This document shows positions 32,007-43,504 of a DNA stretch of 64,000 nt, piece by piece. Below the pieces are notes generated by a model that saw only the letters and a list, made by a program, of their open reading frames with translations, had not been told where the DNA came from and did no database searches. This DNA comes from Clostridium sp. (GTDB lineage: Bacteria; Bacillota; Clostridia; Clostridiales; Clostridiaceae), in assembly GCF_034179595.1 (NCBI RefSeq), contig NZ_JAXFPT010000048.1:27-64026 (forward strand), in the 5' to 3' direction. How positions within the stretch are numbered: position 1 is the first letter of the stretch; the number at the start of each line of letters is the position of its first letter. A program made the translations under genes and the position numbers.

Positions 32007-32538
32007 CTATTGAGTATTTTGATTTTTAAATGTTAGCTCTCCACTAATAACTTTTCTTATTCTTCCAAAACTATCCTTTATTATGAGTTCTCCACTATCA
32101 TCTAGGCCTATACAAGTCACTGTTTCTATATTTTTTGAAGTAACTAAATTAGCAATTTTATTTATAAAAAGTGAATTGTTTCTACAGATATTTATGACTT
32201 CTGATAAATCATTTTTATCTATAAAATTATTATAAAATATCTCAAAATGATTTAAAAAATTTGCAAGTATTTCTGCACGATTATATTTAGTATTCTTTTC
32301 TATTAATAAGGAAGTTGCATTTAAATCAGATGAGAAATCTTCTTTTTTTATATTTATATTCATACCAACTCCAACTATAATATATTTTATTTTATTCATA
32401 TTACAATTCATAAGAGTAAGTATTCCACAAAACTTTTTATCGTTAATATAAATATCATTTGGCCATTTTATTTTACAACTTATATTTAGTATTTAAAAAT
32501 TTATTTATTGAATTTAAATCTAAATTATCATAGTTCAT
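32007..32538 (-). pseudogene. birA: Biotin--protein ligase pseudogene (internal deletion and frameshift)
   Basis: RBS plus ATG at 32538 gives 21 aa (MNYDNLDLNSINKFLNTKYKL*). Another frame carries IKWPNDIYINDKKFCGILT...VGVGMNI...GLDDSGELI..ISGE. The biotin-binding GRGR region is absent. Confidence 0.85.
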
Positions 32539-32807
32539 ATTTTACCTCATTAAAATTTATTTTTTATATTATAACATATTTACAAAAATCTAAATAAAAG
32601 CTTATATAAAGACAAATTTTTAATAATATAAACAATTATTAGCCAAAATATAAGTAAATTATATATAAAAGTACTGGTTTTGACCTGAAATTTTTATTAT
32701 AATGTTATTAATGATAATAAATGCTCTACTTTTAATTTAGCAATAAAGAATGTTTAACTTAAAAAATGTCAATAATATTGAATAATATATATTAAGGGAG
32801 ATAGGAT

Positions 32808-33947
32808 ATGCAAGATAAAAGACATGACAAATTAAGTAGAAAAAATACGAAAGTGAAAATGTCTAGTTATAAAAAAATCTTGATTTCAATAGCAGTTTTA
32901 ACTATATTTATTATAGTTCTAGTTTTAGGGTCTTACATGTATATTAAGGGACAAGTATACCAAGAAAATCCTACAGCACAAGCTATAGAATATAAAGAAC
33001 AGCCAGGAATTACGAATATATTATTAATAGGAACAGATGCACGTAAATTAGATGAAAAAGCAAGAGCGGATGCTATAATTATTGCTACAATAGATAATAA
33101 CAATAAAAAACTTAAATTAACATCAATTATGAGAGATACCTTAGCAAAGATACCAGGACATGGAGAGCAAAAAATAAATGCAGCACTTGCATGTGGTGGG
33201 CCAGAATTACTTATGCAAACCATTAAAGATAATTTTGATATTTCATTAAATAAATATGTTATGGTTAATTTTAAAGGTTTTCAATCCATTATAGATAAAG
33301 TTGGTGGAATAGAAGTTGATATAAAAGATTATGAAATAAAAGAACTTAATAAGTTTATTGGTGAGTATGAAAAAGAAAAGTCACCTAAGATAACTACAAC
33401 TGGAATACAAACTTTAGATGGTCAGCAAGCGTTAGCTTATGCAAGAATTAGAAAAGTTGGAGATGGTGATTATGAGAGAACAGAAAGACAAAGAAGGGTT
33501 ATTGATTTAGTAACACAGAAATTTAGAGATTTAAGTATAGTTAAATATCCTTCTGTAATGACAGAATTATCAAAATATATCAAAACTAATATAGAACCAG
33601 CTTCAATTCTTAATTATGCCTATACTGTTTCAAAGTTTGAAAGTTTAAAGTTTGATCAGTTAAGAATACCAGTAAGTGATGATATTTCTTGGGGAGGAAT
33701 GTATAAGAATAAGGGTTGGGTACTTATTGTAGATAAGGAACAAAGCTCAAAAATAATACAAGATTTTATATTTAAGGATATAAAACCAACAAATAAGAGT
33801 TATGATATTTCAGTTTGGAAAGAAAAGCTTGTTAAATATATTGGACAAGATAATCAAAGTATAGAAGAGACTCAAATACCAATAAGTGATAAGGAACTTG
33901 ATGGCAATTATAATTGCACAACAAATAATGTAAGTTTATTAAAATAA
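32808..33947 (+). CDS. LytR-CpsA-Psr (LCP) family protein
   Basis: N-terminal TM; NILLIGTD, SIMRDT and YARIR..DGDYERTERQR motifs. Confidence 0.92.
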   Translation: MQDKRHDKLSRKNTKVKMSSYKKILISIAVLTIFIIVLVLGSYMYIKGQVYQENPTAQAIEYKEQPGITNILLIGTDARKLDEKARADAIIIATIDNNNKKLKLTSIMRDTLAKIPGHGEQKINAALACGGPELLMQTIKDNFDISLNKYVMVNFKGFQSIIDKVGGIEVDIKDYEIKELNKFIGEYEKEKSPKITTTGIQTLDGQQALAYARIRKVGDGDYERTERQRRVIDLVTQKFRDLSIVKYPSVMTELSKYIKTNIEPASILNYAYTVSKFESLKFDQLRIPVSDDISWGGMYKNKGWVLIVDKEQSSKIIQDFIFKDIKPTNKSYDISVWKEKLVKYIGQDNQSIEETQIPISDKELDGNYNCTTNNVSLLK

Positions 33948-34019
33948 TGGACACAGCTAATTTTTTTTAGCTGTGTTTTATGTTATAATACTTTAAAATA
34001 AAAGAAGGAGAATTTATAG

Positions 34020-34664
34020 ATGAGTTTTTTACAGAACATAATATTTATGATACCTGCTATATTAATAGGGTTTACGTTTCATGAATATGCTCATGCAAAG
34101 GTAGCGGATAAATTAGGGGATAAGACACCAAGATTTCAAGGAAGATTAAATTTAAATCCTATTAATCATTTAGATCCATTAGGAACTTTATTGATTTTGT
34201 TTTGTGGTATAGGATGGGCAAAACCTGTACAAGTTAATCCATCAGCTTTTAAAAATTATTATAAGGATGATTTAAAAGTAAGCATTGCAGGACCAATTGC
34301 AAACTTAATAGTTGCATTTATAGGGACTATTTTATATTTTGCCTTAAGAATTATTGCAGGGTATGGCCTTTTAGGAGGAGCATTATTACCTGTACTTATA
34401 ATAATAACAAGATATATTATAACGCTTAATGTAACTTTATGTGTATTTAATATATTACCTCTGCCAGGGTTAGATGGATTTAATATTCTTAGAGATTTAA
34501 GTCCAAAGCATTTTTATAAAGTATCAGAAAGTATTTATAAATATCAATTATTAATATTTATTGCGATAATTTTAATTGGTGGACCAATAATAAGAATACC
34601 ATCACAATTAATATTAAACTTATTATCAAAGATAGTTTCAATGATATTTGGAGTGATTTTTTAG
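34020..34664 (+). CDS. Site-2 protease (peptidase M50)
   Basis: HEYAH, AGPIAN and FNILPLPGLDG motifs. Confidence 0.92.
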   Translation: MSFLQNIIFMIPAILIGFTFHEYAHAKVADKLGDKTPRFQGRLNLNPINHLDPLGTLLILFCGIGWAKPVQVNPSAFKNYYKDDLKVSIAGPIANLIVAFIGTILYFALRIIAGYGLLGGALLPVLIIITRYIITLNVTLCVFNILPLPGLDGFNILRDLSPKHFYKVSESIYKYQLLIFIAIILIGGPIIRIPSQLILNLLSKIVSMIFGVIF

Positions 34665-34711
34665 TATAAAATAAGCAGTTAGTTTAAAACTAACTGCTTT
34701 AATTATATATC

Positions 34712-36223
34712 TTAATTTATTTTTTCTATTATTAGATTTCTATTATATATTTCTCTAAATGAACAAGCACTTCTCATAGCTTGGCTTATTTCAACTTCTA
34801 AATCTAAAGAAGATTGAAGTTCTAATTTAACGCTTTCCTCATCTATATATACATTTATGTTAGAAACAGCACCTTCTAAGCTTCTATCAAGCCCTTCAGC
34901 TATTTTAAGTATAGTTCCTATATATTCTATAGCATTTATATCATTTCTATTTATTATAGAGCTATATTGAGGAAATGGGATACTATATTTATTATTTCTA
35001 TGATAAGCAGCAATTGCAGCACTCATCAATAATTCTTTTTGTGTTAAACCATTTATAGATGAATTTAATATTATATAAAAACTGTGTTTATGATGATTGT
35101 AGTAATCAATGCTTGTACCACAATCATGCAATAATGAAGATGTTATAAGTATTCTATTAAATGAATCATCTAATTTATGTATTGGTTTTAAGCTTTCAAA
35201 AAGATCCTTACATAGTTTATAAACATTATTTGCATGACTTTTATTTATATTAAGTTTATTCATAATGCCTAAAATGCTATATATTAGCATGTTTTTTTCA
35301 TATTCATAGTTTTTAGCAATATATTCATACATAATACCATCTTTTAGTCCGCGAGCTGATGTGATTATTTTATTTACATTTGTATGATTAAGTAAATTTA
35401 AGAATATACAAACTCCAGCAACCATTATATCTGCACGATCACAAGGTAAACCTGGAATTTGTGAACGTTGTTTTAGATTTTTACATTTTAATAAATTATA
35501 TATATCATGAACATCAATATCATATAGAACGTAATTATGTTGTATATCTATTGGATAACGTTTTTTGATTCTATCTATTTTACCAAGAATCTTAATAGTG
35601 TTACCAATACCTATAATTGAATCAAAATCAGCATATTTAAGCCATGTACATTTATCAATTAATTTATTTATCATAATTTTAGCAGCTTCTAAATCTTCTC
35701 TTAATATTATATCTTGAAGATTATATTTTAAAGTAAGGTTTAGTGTTCCAACTGGTATTGAGTAATAATTTTGTATTTCTCCATTTTTAACCCATGCAAG
35801 ATGAGTGGAAGTACCTTCTATATCAACAATAAGAGAATTTTCAAAATAAATCGTATTTGATATACTTAAGAAATTATAATAAATTTCTTTATATGAATCT
35901 AATATAGTAATATCAATATTAAGTTCATCTTTAATTATATTTAGCAATTTATCACTATTTGATGTAACTTTAAAAGCTTCTGTTGCAACTGCTATAATTT
36001 TTTTAACTCCTGATATTTCACACATAGATTTAAATGCTCTTAGAGTAGATAATGTTTCAGAAATCTTTTCTTTTGAAAAGCATTTTCCATCTATTAAATC
36101 TTCAAAAAGTCTTATAGATGTAGTAAGTTCATCAATTTTATTAAAATATCCGTCATCTTCTACTTCATTTAAAGCTAATGTAATTGAAGTCGGAGTCAGT
36201 TCAATAATACCAATTCTTTTCAT
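34712..36223 (-). CDS. ppx: Ppx/GppA exopolyphosphatase family protein
   Basis: VATEA, DIEGTST, RADIMVAG and GLKDG motifs; C-terminal LLHDCG HD domain. Confidence 0.88.
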   Translation of the reverse strand: MKRIGIIELTPTSITLALNEVEDDGYFNKIDELTTSIRLFEDLIDGKCFSKEKISETLSTLRAFKSMCEISGVKKIIAVATEAFKVTSNSDKLLNIIKDELNIDITILDSYKEIYYNFLSISNTIYFENSLIVDIEGTSTHLAWVKNGEIQNYYSIPVGTLNLTLKYNLQDIILREDLEAAKIMINKLIDKCTWLKYADFDSIIGIGNTIKILGKIDRIKKRYPIDIQHNYVLYDIDVHDIYNLLKCKNLKQRSQIPGLPCDRADIMVAGVCIFLNLLNHTNVNKIITSARGLKDGIMYEYIAKNYEYEKNMLIYSILGIMNKLNINKSHANNVYKLCKDLFESLKPIHKLDDSFNRILITSSLLHDCGTSIDYYNHHKHSFYIILNSSINGLTQKELLMSAAIAAYHRNNKYSIPFPQYSSIINRNDINAIEYIGTILKIAEGLDRSLEGAVSNINVYIDEESVKLELQSSLDLEVEISQAMRSACSFREIYNRNLIIEKIN

Positions 36224-36370
36224 AATAAACTCCTTAAAATTTTAAATGTGTATTAGTATTATTATACAACATTTCAAAGCAATATGTTAGGGATAAGAGT
36301 GTTTAAATATTTATTGACATTTTGTAAGAATTATATGTATAATGAATCGAAGAACATAGAATAATAAATT

Positions 36371-36608
36371 TGATGAAGAGGAGAGTATATTAATCGATTC
36401 TTTTAGCGAGTAGGGAGTTTGGTGTAAGCCCTATAAGATAGATTAGTTGAAGAGAACCTCAGAGAAGCGCCTGAAATGAGTAAGGATCGCCGCAAATAAC
36501 TTATTTGCGTTAACAAAAAGAGTGGCATTTTCTTTATGCAAGTAGAGTGGTACCGCGGAAAAAGTGATAGTATTCCGTCTCTTATTTTATAATAAGAGGC
36601 GGTTTTTA
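36371..36608 (+). ncRNA. T-box riboswitch (Arg, AGA specifier)
   Basis: AGTA S-turn, AGCGAG and GGTGTAA stem I loops, specifier GAAG-AGA-A-CCTC (AGA at 36453-36455), T-box AGAGTGGTACCGCG (36544-36557), terminator 36575-36607; directly upstream of argS. Confidence 0.93.
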
Positions 36609-36636
36609 TATTTACGAAAAAAAGGAGGAATAAAAA

Positions 36637-38331
36637 ATGGATTATAAACAAATTATTGCTGAATTAATAAAACAACATGTTGATTTAGATGTAGAAGATA
36701 TTAAAAAACTTATAGAAATACCACCAAAGTCAGAAATGGGAGATTACGCATTCCCTTGTTTCCAATTAGCGAAGGTTATGAGAAAATCTCCAAATATGAT
36801 AGCTGAAGAGTTAGTTTCAAAAATAAATAGCGAAGGTTTTGAAAAGATAACTAATTTAGGACCATATGTTAATTTCTTTGTTGATAAGACAGCTTTCTCA
36901 AAAGCAACTATAGAAAAAGTTATTGAAGAAGGAGATAAGTATGGTTCATCAAATATTGGTGAAGGAAAAACTGTATGTATTGACTATTCATCACCTAATA
37001 TAGCTAAGCCTTTCCACGTTGGACACCTTTTCTCAACTTCAATAGGAAACTCACTTTATAAATTATTTGAAGAAGAAGGATACAATGTAGTTGGTATCAA
37101 TCACTTAGGAGACTGGGGTACTCAATTTGGTAAGCTTATATCAGCTTATAAAAGATGGGTTGATGAGGAAGCACTTGAAAAAGATGCTATAGCAGAACTT
37201 TTAAGAATATATGTTAAATTCCATGATGAAGCAGAAAAAGATCCATCATTAGTTGATGAAGGAAGAATGTACTTTAAGAGACTTGAAGATGGAGAACCAG
37301 AAGAAACAGCTTTATGGAAGAGATTTAGAGAGCTTAGCTTAAAAGAATTTAATAGAGTATATGATCTTTTAGGGGTTAAGTTTGATTCATTTGCTGGAGA
37401 AGCATTCTATAATGACAAGATGCAAGTTGTAATAGATGAATTAAGAGAAAAGAACTTACTTACAGAAAGTAATGGGGCACAAGTTGTTATGCTTGATGAA
37501 TACAATATGCCTCCTTGCATAATCCTTAAAGAAGACGGAGCAACTATATATGCTACAAGAGACTTAGCAGCTGCAAATTACAGAAAGAATACTTATGATT
37601 TCGATAAGTGTATCTATGTTGTAGGAAGCCCTCAAGCATTACACTTTAAGCAAGTATTTAAAACATTAGAACTTTCAGGAAAAGAATGGGCTAAAGATTG
37701 TGTTCACGTAGGATTTGGATTAGTTAAATTTGCAGATGGTGGAATGTCAACAAGAAAAGGAAAGGTTATCCTTTTAGATGATTTACTAAATGAAGCAATA
37801 GCTAAGACTTTAGAAGTAATAAATGAAAAGAACCCAGAACTTGAAAATAAAGAAGAAATAGCTAAGAAGATAGGTGTAGGTGCTGTTATATTCACTTATC
37901 TTAAAAATTCAAGAGAAAAGGATATAATCTTTGATTGGAAAGAAATCCTTTCATTTGAAGGAGAAACTGGTCCATATGTTCAATATTCATATGCAAGAGG
38001 TAACAGTATATTAGAAAGAGCTGGAGAAATTGATTTAACAAACGTAGATTATAGTAAGTTAAACTCAAAAGAAGAATTTGAATTGATCAAATCTTTAGAA
38101 AACTTCAGTAAAAATATTCACTCAGCAATTGAAAAACTTGAACCTTCAGTTGTAACAAGATATGTAATTGAAGTAGCAAAACTATTTAATAAGTTCTATA
38201 ATGCTCATTCAGTATTAAACTTAGAAGATGAAGAACTTAAAAAGGCTAGACTTGCATTAGTAAAGGCAAGCTTACAAGTAATAAAAAATGGTTTAGGCTT
38301 AATAGGAATAGAAGTTGTAGAAAAAATGTAA
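36637..38331 (+). CDS. argS: Arginine--tRNA ligase
   Basis: [29 protein letters not shown] and GETGPYVQY motifs. Confidence 0.98.
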   Translation: MDYKQIIAELIKQHVDLDVEDIKKLIEIPPKSEMGDYAFPCFQLAKVMRKSPNMIAEELVSKINSEGFEKITNLGPYVNFFVDKTAFSKATIEKVIEEGDKYGSSNIGEGKTVCIDYSSPNIAKPFHVGHLFSTSIGNSLYKLFEEEGYNVVGINHLGDWGTQFGKLISAYKRWVDEEALEKDAIAELLRIYVKFHDEAEKDPSLVDEGRMYFKRLEDGEPEETALWKRFRELSLKEFNRVYDLLGVKFDSFAGEAFYNDKMQVVIDELREKNLLTESNGAQVVMLDEYNMPPCIILKEDGATIYATRDLAAANYRKNTYDFDKCIYVVGSPQALHFKQVFKTLELSGKEWAKDCVHVGFGLVKFADGGMSTRKGKVILLDDLLNEAIAKTLEVINEKNPELENKEEIAKKIGVGAVIFTYLKNSREKDIIFDWKEILSFEGETGPYVQYSYARGNSILERAGEIDLTNVDYSKLNSKEEFELIKSLENFSKNIHSAIEKLEPSVVTRYVIEVAKLFNKFYNAHSVLNLEDEELKKARLALVKASLQVIKNGLGLIGIEVVEKM

Positions 38332-38482
38332 TATAAAAAAGCGCTATAAGTTATAACTTGTAGTGCTTTTTTAAATATTTTATAGATAATGTAAAACTTT
38401 AATATTTAATAAAAATGTCAATAATTAATATGATATAATGCGAATATAAACAAAAAATATGAGGGAAAGGTGATGGGATTAA

Positions 38483-39595
38483 GTGAATTTTTTTAAAAAT
38501 ATAAAATACAAAGATATCATAGTACTCTTATTGATAGTTTTTGTAGGATATAAGGTTATTGATAACTATCCAGTATATTTTTTAGTGTTAAAGAAATTTT
38601 TAGGCGTTATTGCTCCATTTATATATGCCATGGTTTTTGCATATATATTAAATCCGATTATGAAATTTTTTGAGAAAAGATTTAAATTAAAAAGAGGATT
38701 AGCAGTTATACTAACTTATCTTGTTGTTTTAGGAACAATAGTTATTATAGCATTATATGGAATACCTAATCTTATAGAAAGTATTATTTCTATAACAAAA
38801 GAAGTACCTGATTATGTAAAGATGGTTCAACATTGGATGAATTCAGCACTTAAAAATGCTAGAGTAAATGAATTCATGCAAGATACAGGCTTAATGAATA
38901 ATTTAGCATCATTATCAACTAAAGCAGGATCTATATTGGTTTCATTATTAGAAGGAACAACAGGCTCATTAATTAGCATAACTACTGATATAATAAAAGT
39001 TGGATTTGGACTTTTAATATCAATTTATATGTTACTTGATAAAGAAAAGTTTATAAAACAAGCTAAAGTAATTCTTTTAATGATTGTAGGGGAAAAGATA
39101 GGAATGAAAATACTTAACTTCCTAAAGATATACAACTATATGATTGGAACATATATAGGTATAAAGGCTCTAGATTCTTTAATCATAGGTATAATATCTC
39201 TTGTAGGTCTTATGATATTAAGATTGCCATATGCTCCATTATTAGCACTAGTAGTAGGAGTTACTAATATGATTCCATATTTCGGACCATTTATAGGAAT
39301 GCTAACTTGTGCTATAGTAGCTTTATTTGTAACTCCTTTTAAAGCAATAATAGTATGTATATTCTTACTTGCGCTTCAACAATTTGATGCTTGGTTCTTA
39401 GAACCTAAGCTAGTTAGTGGAAAAGTTGGAATTGGACCATTTTGGGTTATATTTGGTGTAACTATTGGTGGAGGATTCTTTGGACCATTAGGAATGATTT
39501 TAGCATCACCAACATTAGCTACAATAAAGATATATTATGATAAGATAATAAATAACTATAAAGAAAAACATGAAAAATTAGTAGATTCATTATAG
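38483..39595 (+). CDS. AI-2E family transporter
   Basis: AYILNP, NMIPYFGPFIG and FFGPLGMILASP motifs. Confidence 0.88.
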   Translation: MNFFKNIKYKDIIVLLLIVFVGYKVIDNYPVYFLVLKKFLGVIAPFIYAMVFAYILNPIMKFFEKRFKLKRGLAVILTYLVVLGTIVIIALYGIPNLIESIISITKEVPDYVKMVQHWMNSALKNARVNEFMQDTGLMNNLASLSTKAGSILVSLLEGTTGSLISITTDIIKVGFGLLISIYMLLDKEKFIKQAKVILLMIVGEKIGMKILNFLKIYNYMIGTYIGIKALDSLIIGIISLVGLMILRLPYAPLLALVVGVTNMIPYFGPFIGMLTCAIVALFVTPFKAIIVCIFLLALQQFDAWFLEPKLVSGKVGIGPFWVIFGVTIGGGFFGPLGMILASPTLATIKIYYDKIINNYKEKHEKLVDSL

Positions 39596-39599
39596 TAAT

Positions 39600-39639
39600 A
39601 AAAAAAGATCAGTAACTTTTAAGTTACTGATCTTTTTTT
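39600..39639. terminator. Bidirectional terminator
   Basis: AAAAAAAGATCAGTAACTT-tt-AAGTTACTGATCTTTTTTT between convergent genes. Confidence 0.85.
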
Positions 39640-39767
39640 CTAGAAGAGCAGTTTCTACTACATGTACTGCAGTTAGAACAGCCTCCTCCTTTAGAAGTCT
39701 TTTTGACATTTTTATATATTATAAATATAGCTATTATTAATATAATTATTGCTATTGCAATTTCCAT
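39624..39767 (-). CDS. FeoB-associated Cys-rich small membrane protein (47 aa, absent from ORF track)
   Basis: MEIAIAIIILIIAIFIIYKNVKKTSKGGGCSNCSTCSRNCSSRKKDQ; AAGGTG RBS; directly downstream of feoB. Confidence 0.85.
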   Translation of the reverse strand: MEIAIAIIILIIAIFIIYKNVKKTSKGGGCSNCSTCSRNCSSRKKDQ

Positions 39768-39784
39768 TTATATCACCTTCATCT

Positions 39785-41545
39785 TTAAATAAGTATAGCT
39801 ATGTGATAGAAAATAAATGAAACAATCCATGCAAGTGCAATTTGATAGCAAATTGAGAATACCATCATCTTTGTTCCATACTCTTTTTTCATAGTACCTA
39901 GAGTTGATACACAAGGTGTATAAAGTAAAGTAAATATTAAGAATGAATAAGCTGAAATTGTTGTAAAGAATTGAGGTAAAACAACCTTTAAATCTCCATT
40001 GAATATAACTTCCATTGAAGAAACAACACTTTCTTTTGCAAGTAATCCACTAAGTAATGATACAGATGATTGCCAGTTACCAAATCCAAGTGGGGCAAAT
40101 ATTGGAGCTATGAATCTTCCGATTGCAGCTAATATACTATCATCAACATTTTCAACTAAACCATGTAAGTTAAAGTTTGATAAGAACCATATAACTACAG
40201 TCATAGCAAATATTATAGTACCTGCTTTTTTCATAAAGCCCTTAGCTTTATCATAAGTTTGTTTTAATATTGAACTTAATAGGGGAAGTTTATAATTTGG
40301 AAGTTCTATTATAAATGGTTCTTCATCCTTTTTAAATATAGTACTTTTAAATAAAATACCGATTATGAAAGCTACAACTATTCCAAGTAAGTATAATGAT
40401 GCAACAACTAATCCTCTATGCTTAGTAAAGAATACTGAAGCAAATAATGCATAAATAGGAAGTCTTGCGTTACATGACATTAAAGGAACAAGTAGTGCTG
40501 TAAGTTTTCTATCTTTTTCACTTTCAAGGGTTCTAGATGACATTATTGCAGGAACTGAGCATCCAAATCCAACTATCATAGGTATAAATGCTTTTCCTGA
40601 AAGACCCATCTTTCTCATAAGCTTATCCATTAAAAATGCTACTCTTGACATATAACCACTGTCTTCTAAGAAAGCAATACAGATAAATAATGAAAGAATT
40701 ACAGGTAAAAGTACTAGGATTCCTCCAACACCACCGATAATACCATCAACTAATAATGATTGGAACCAAGGAGCAGTATTTTGAAGTAATGTATGCATCC
40801 ATGGTATGAATGAATCATTTAATAATCCATCTAACCAATCGGAAATAGGTTGTCCAACCCATGAAAAAGTAAATTCAAACATAAAGGCCATTATTAAAAG
40901 AAGTAATGGATAAGCTAATATAGGATTTAATAATATTTTGTCTAATTTTTGTGTTAAATCTCTTTTGTTAGCATTTTTTTCTTTTAAGCAATTATGTAGT
41001 ACTTTTTCGATATATTTATAAGCTGATTTTTCATCTTTAAAGTCAAATTTATTTGAATCTTTTATATGTGTAAAATTATTTTTTTCTATTGTTTCTTTTA
41101 ATTTATCTACACCTTGTCCCTTAGCTGCTTTTATAGGGATAACTGTAACATTTAAATCTTTAGATAACTTGTCATAATCTATTTCAAGTCCTTTGCTTTC
41201 AACAACATCAATCATATTGATTGCAAGTATTATTGGTTTATTAAATTGTTTAAGCTGAGTTGTTAGGTATAAATTTCTTGCTAAATTTGAACCATCAACT
41301 ATATTAAGAATTATATCTACGTCTTCATCTTCTAAGAAATCTTTTGCGATCTTTTCTTCATGAGAAAAAGTATCCATGGCATAAATTCCAGGTAAATCTA
41401 CTATTTTTACATTATTATAGAATCCTTCTTTTTTTTCAACTGTAACGCCAGGCCAATTTCCTATATGTTGCTTTGAACCAGTCATTGCATTGAAAAGCGT
41501 TGTTTTACCAACGTTTGGATTACCGAGTAGTGCGACTGTTGTCAT
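39785..41545 (-). CDS. feoB: Ferrous iron transport protein B
   Basis: GNPNVGKT, GNWPGVTVE, DLPG, GFGCSVPA and MSCNARLP motifs. Confidence 0.97.
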   Translation of the reverse strand: MTTVALLGNPNVGKTTLFNAMTGSKQHIGNWPGVTVEKKEGFYNNVKIVDLPGIYAMDTFSHEEKIAKDFLEDEDVDIILNIVDGSNLARNLYLTTQLKQFNKPIILAINMIDVVESKGLEIDYDKLSKDLNVTVIPIKAAKGQGVDKLKETIEKNNFTHIKDSNKFDFKDEKSAYKYIEKVLHNCLKEKNANKRDLTQKLDKILLNPILAYPLLLLIMAFMFEFTFSWVGQPISDWLDGLLNDSFIPWMHTLLQNTAPWFQSLLVDGIIGGVGGILVLLPVILSLFICIAFLEDSGYMSRVAFLMDKLMRKMGLSGKAFIPMIVGFGCSVPAIMSSRTLESEKDRKLTALLVPLMSCNARLPIYALFASVFFTKHRGLVVASLYLLGIVVAFIIGILFKSTIFKKDEEPFIIELPNYKLPLLSSILKQTYDKAKGFMKKAGTIIFAMTVVIWFLSNFNLHGLVENVDDSILAAIGRFIAPIFAPLGFGNWQSSVSLLSGLLAKESVVSSMEVIFNGDLKVVLPQFFTTISAYSFLIFTLLYTPCVSTLGTMKKEYGTKMMVFSICYQIALAWIVSFIFYHIAILI

Positions 41546-41557
41546 TAAATTTCCCTC

Positions 41558-41779
41558 CTAAGTTAGTAATATTATATTTTTTGCATCTTTTTTTCTTATA
41601 GCTAAATCAAATCCTCTAAAATTAATTATTAAAGGATCACCAAGTGGTGCTATTGTTTTTAAAGTTACATCAGTTCCTTCTATACATCCTAAAGCTAATA
41701 ATCTCTTAGCTAATTTTTTATCTCCACCTATGCTGCTTATAATTCCGTGTTCTCCAGGTTTAAGACTTGTTAGTTCCAT
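41558..41779 (-). CDS. feoA: Ferrous iron transport protein A
   Basis: RLLALG..GT, APLGDP and AIRK motifs. Confidence 0.93.
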   Translation of the reverse strand: MELTSLKPGEHGIISSIGGDKKLAKRLLALGCIEGTDVTLKTIAPLGDPLIINFRGFDLAIRKKDAKNIILLT

Positions 41780-41796
41780 TTATTTTCCACCTCGCA

Positions 41797-41812
41797 TTGA
41801 AAATCATTATCA
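41797..41812 (-). promoter_or_regulatory. Fur box upstream of feoA
   Basis: TGATAATGATTTTCAA on the minus strand just before the feoA RBS. Confidence 0.8.
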
Positions 41813-42007
41813 CATACATATATAATAACATTATATGAATTTATAAGTCAATATTTAATAAAAACAAAAATAAATTAAATTTGTTTAAATATTAAAATAT
41901 ATTATAATATAATAAAAAAATACAAAAAGGTATATTATATTGCAAAAGAATTTTTTGTAGGTATAATATAATGAATAATTATTTTGTAGAGGAAAGAGAG
42001 GATTTAT

Positions 42008-42739
42008 ATGAAAAAAAATATAGCAGCATTCTTTGATATAGATGGAACTTTATATAGAGAAGGATTAATTACAGAAGTTTTCAAAAAAATGATTAAATAT
42101 GAAATAATTGAACCAGAAAAATGGTATAATGACGTTAGACAAGATTTTGAAAAGTGGGATAGAAGACAAGGAGATTATGATACATATTTATTAAAAATGA
42201 TTGATATATATATGGAAGCAATCAAAGGCTTAAATAAATATCAAATAGAGTTTATAGCAAAAAGGGTTATAGAACAAAAAGGTGATAGAGTATACACTTT
42301 TACAAGAGATAGAATAAAATGGCATAAAGAGCAAGGTCATATTTTAATTACAGTATCAGGTTCACCAATTGAATTAGTTAAAGAGATGTCACTTAAACAT
42401 GGTTTTGATGATTTTAGAGGAGCAGAATATGTTTTAGATGAAAATGGACAATATACAGGAGATGTAATTCCTATGTGGGATAGTGAAAGTAAGGAGAAAG
42501 CTATAAAGGAATTACAAGAAAAGTATGATATTGATTTAGAAAAAAGCTATGCTTATGGAGATACTGCTGGTGATTATACTATGCTTAGTAAAGTTGGAAA
42601 TCCATATGCTATGAATCCTACAAATGAACTTTTAAGAAAAATCCTTTCAGATAAAGAATTATCAGAAAGAATAAATATTATTGTAGAAAGAAAAGATGTA
42701 ACGTATAATCTAAATGTAGAAAATATCCAATTTGAATAA
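42008..42739 (+). CDS. HAD-IB family hydrolase
   Basis: FFDIDGTL, VSGS and YAYGDTAGD motifs. Confidence 0.88.
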   Translation: MKKNIAAFFDIDGTLYREGLITEVFKKMIKYEIIEPEKWYNDVRQDFEKWDRRQGDYDTYLLKMIDIYMEAIKGLNKYQIEFIAKRVIEQKGDRVYTFTRDRIKWHKEQGHILITVSGSPIELVKEMSLKHGFDDFRGAEYVLDENGQYTGDVIPMWDSESKEKAIKELQEKYDIDLEKSYAYGDTAGDYTMLSKVGNPYAMNPTNELLRKILSDKELSERINIIVERKDVTYNLNVENIQFE

Positions 42740-42753
42740 GAAAGAGTGATACT

Positions 42754-43449
42754 GTGATTATAAAAGAAAACATTATACCTGTAGGAAAGTTAGAAGAAGC
42801 TGACTTTTTAAATTATGAAAATAAAGTTTTGCCTGAAGAAATAATATTTTTTGATTTAGAACATTATGTATATAAAAAACCAAAATGTATAGGAGTATTT
42901 GGTGCATGTATATATAATAAGGAAGAAAATATTCTTCATGTAACACAATATATGATTGAAAATAAAAGAGAGATTAAGGATATTTTAAATCTAGCCTTAA
43001 GATATTTTAAATATATGAAGGAAAATGGCAAAAAGGCAATATCAACATTTTCAGGTAATAATGATTTTACAGTAATAAATTACTTATTCAATAAATATAA
43101 CATATCTTATGACTTTGAAGCAGAATTTCTATCAATAGATATCCAAAAAGCTTATGAAAAAAGCATGAAGACATCAATAGGACTTAAAAAATTAGAAAAG
43201 ATTTTTGAAATTGATAGGCAAGGGGAAGTTATAAGTGGATCAAATCTAGCAAAGACTTTCCATAAAGTTATGAAAGATAATGATTATGTAAAAAGAATGC
43301 CTAAAGAAAAGATAGAGAAAATATTGCTTTATAATGAGCAAGATGTTGTTAATCTATATTATATATATACTAATTGGAACAAATATATTAAATTATCTGA
43401 AAAAGAAGATAATAAAGATATAGATGAAAAAAATGATTTGGAAAATTAA
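42754..43449 (+). CDS. RNase H-like / YprB-like exonuclease domain protein
   Basis: FFDLEH, GLKKLEK and YNEQDV motifs. Confidence 0.7.
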   Translation: MIIKENIIPVGKLEEADFLNYENKVLPEEIIFFDLEHYVYKKPKCIGVFGACIYNKEENILHVTQYMIENKREIKDILNLALRYFKYMKENGKKAISTFSGNNDFTVINYLFNKYNISYDFEAEFLSIDIQKAYEKSMKTSIGLKKLEKIFEIDRQGEVISGSNLAKTFHKVMKDNDYVKRMPKEKIEKILLYNEQDVVNLYYIYTNWNKYIKLSEKEDNKDIDEKNDLEN

Positions 43450-43504
43450 TAAAAATAAAAATAAAAAACACTTAAAAGTTAGTGCACTTTTAAGTGTTTT
43501 TTTA

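Noticed and set aside
36381-36390. Another copy of GAGAGTATAT matching the topB junction repeat
   Set aside because: It is the T-box stem I AGTA motif region, so a coincidental match.
36403-36651. 82-aa minus-strand ORF
   Set aside because: Antisense to the argS T-box leader, which explains the sequence.
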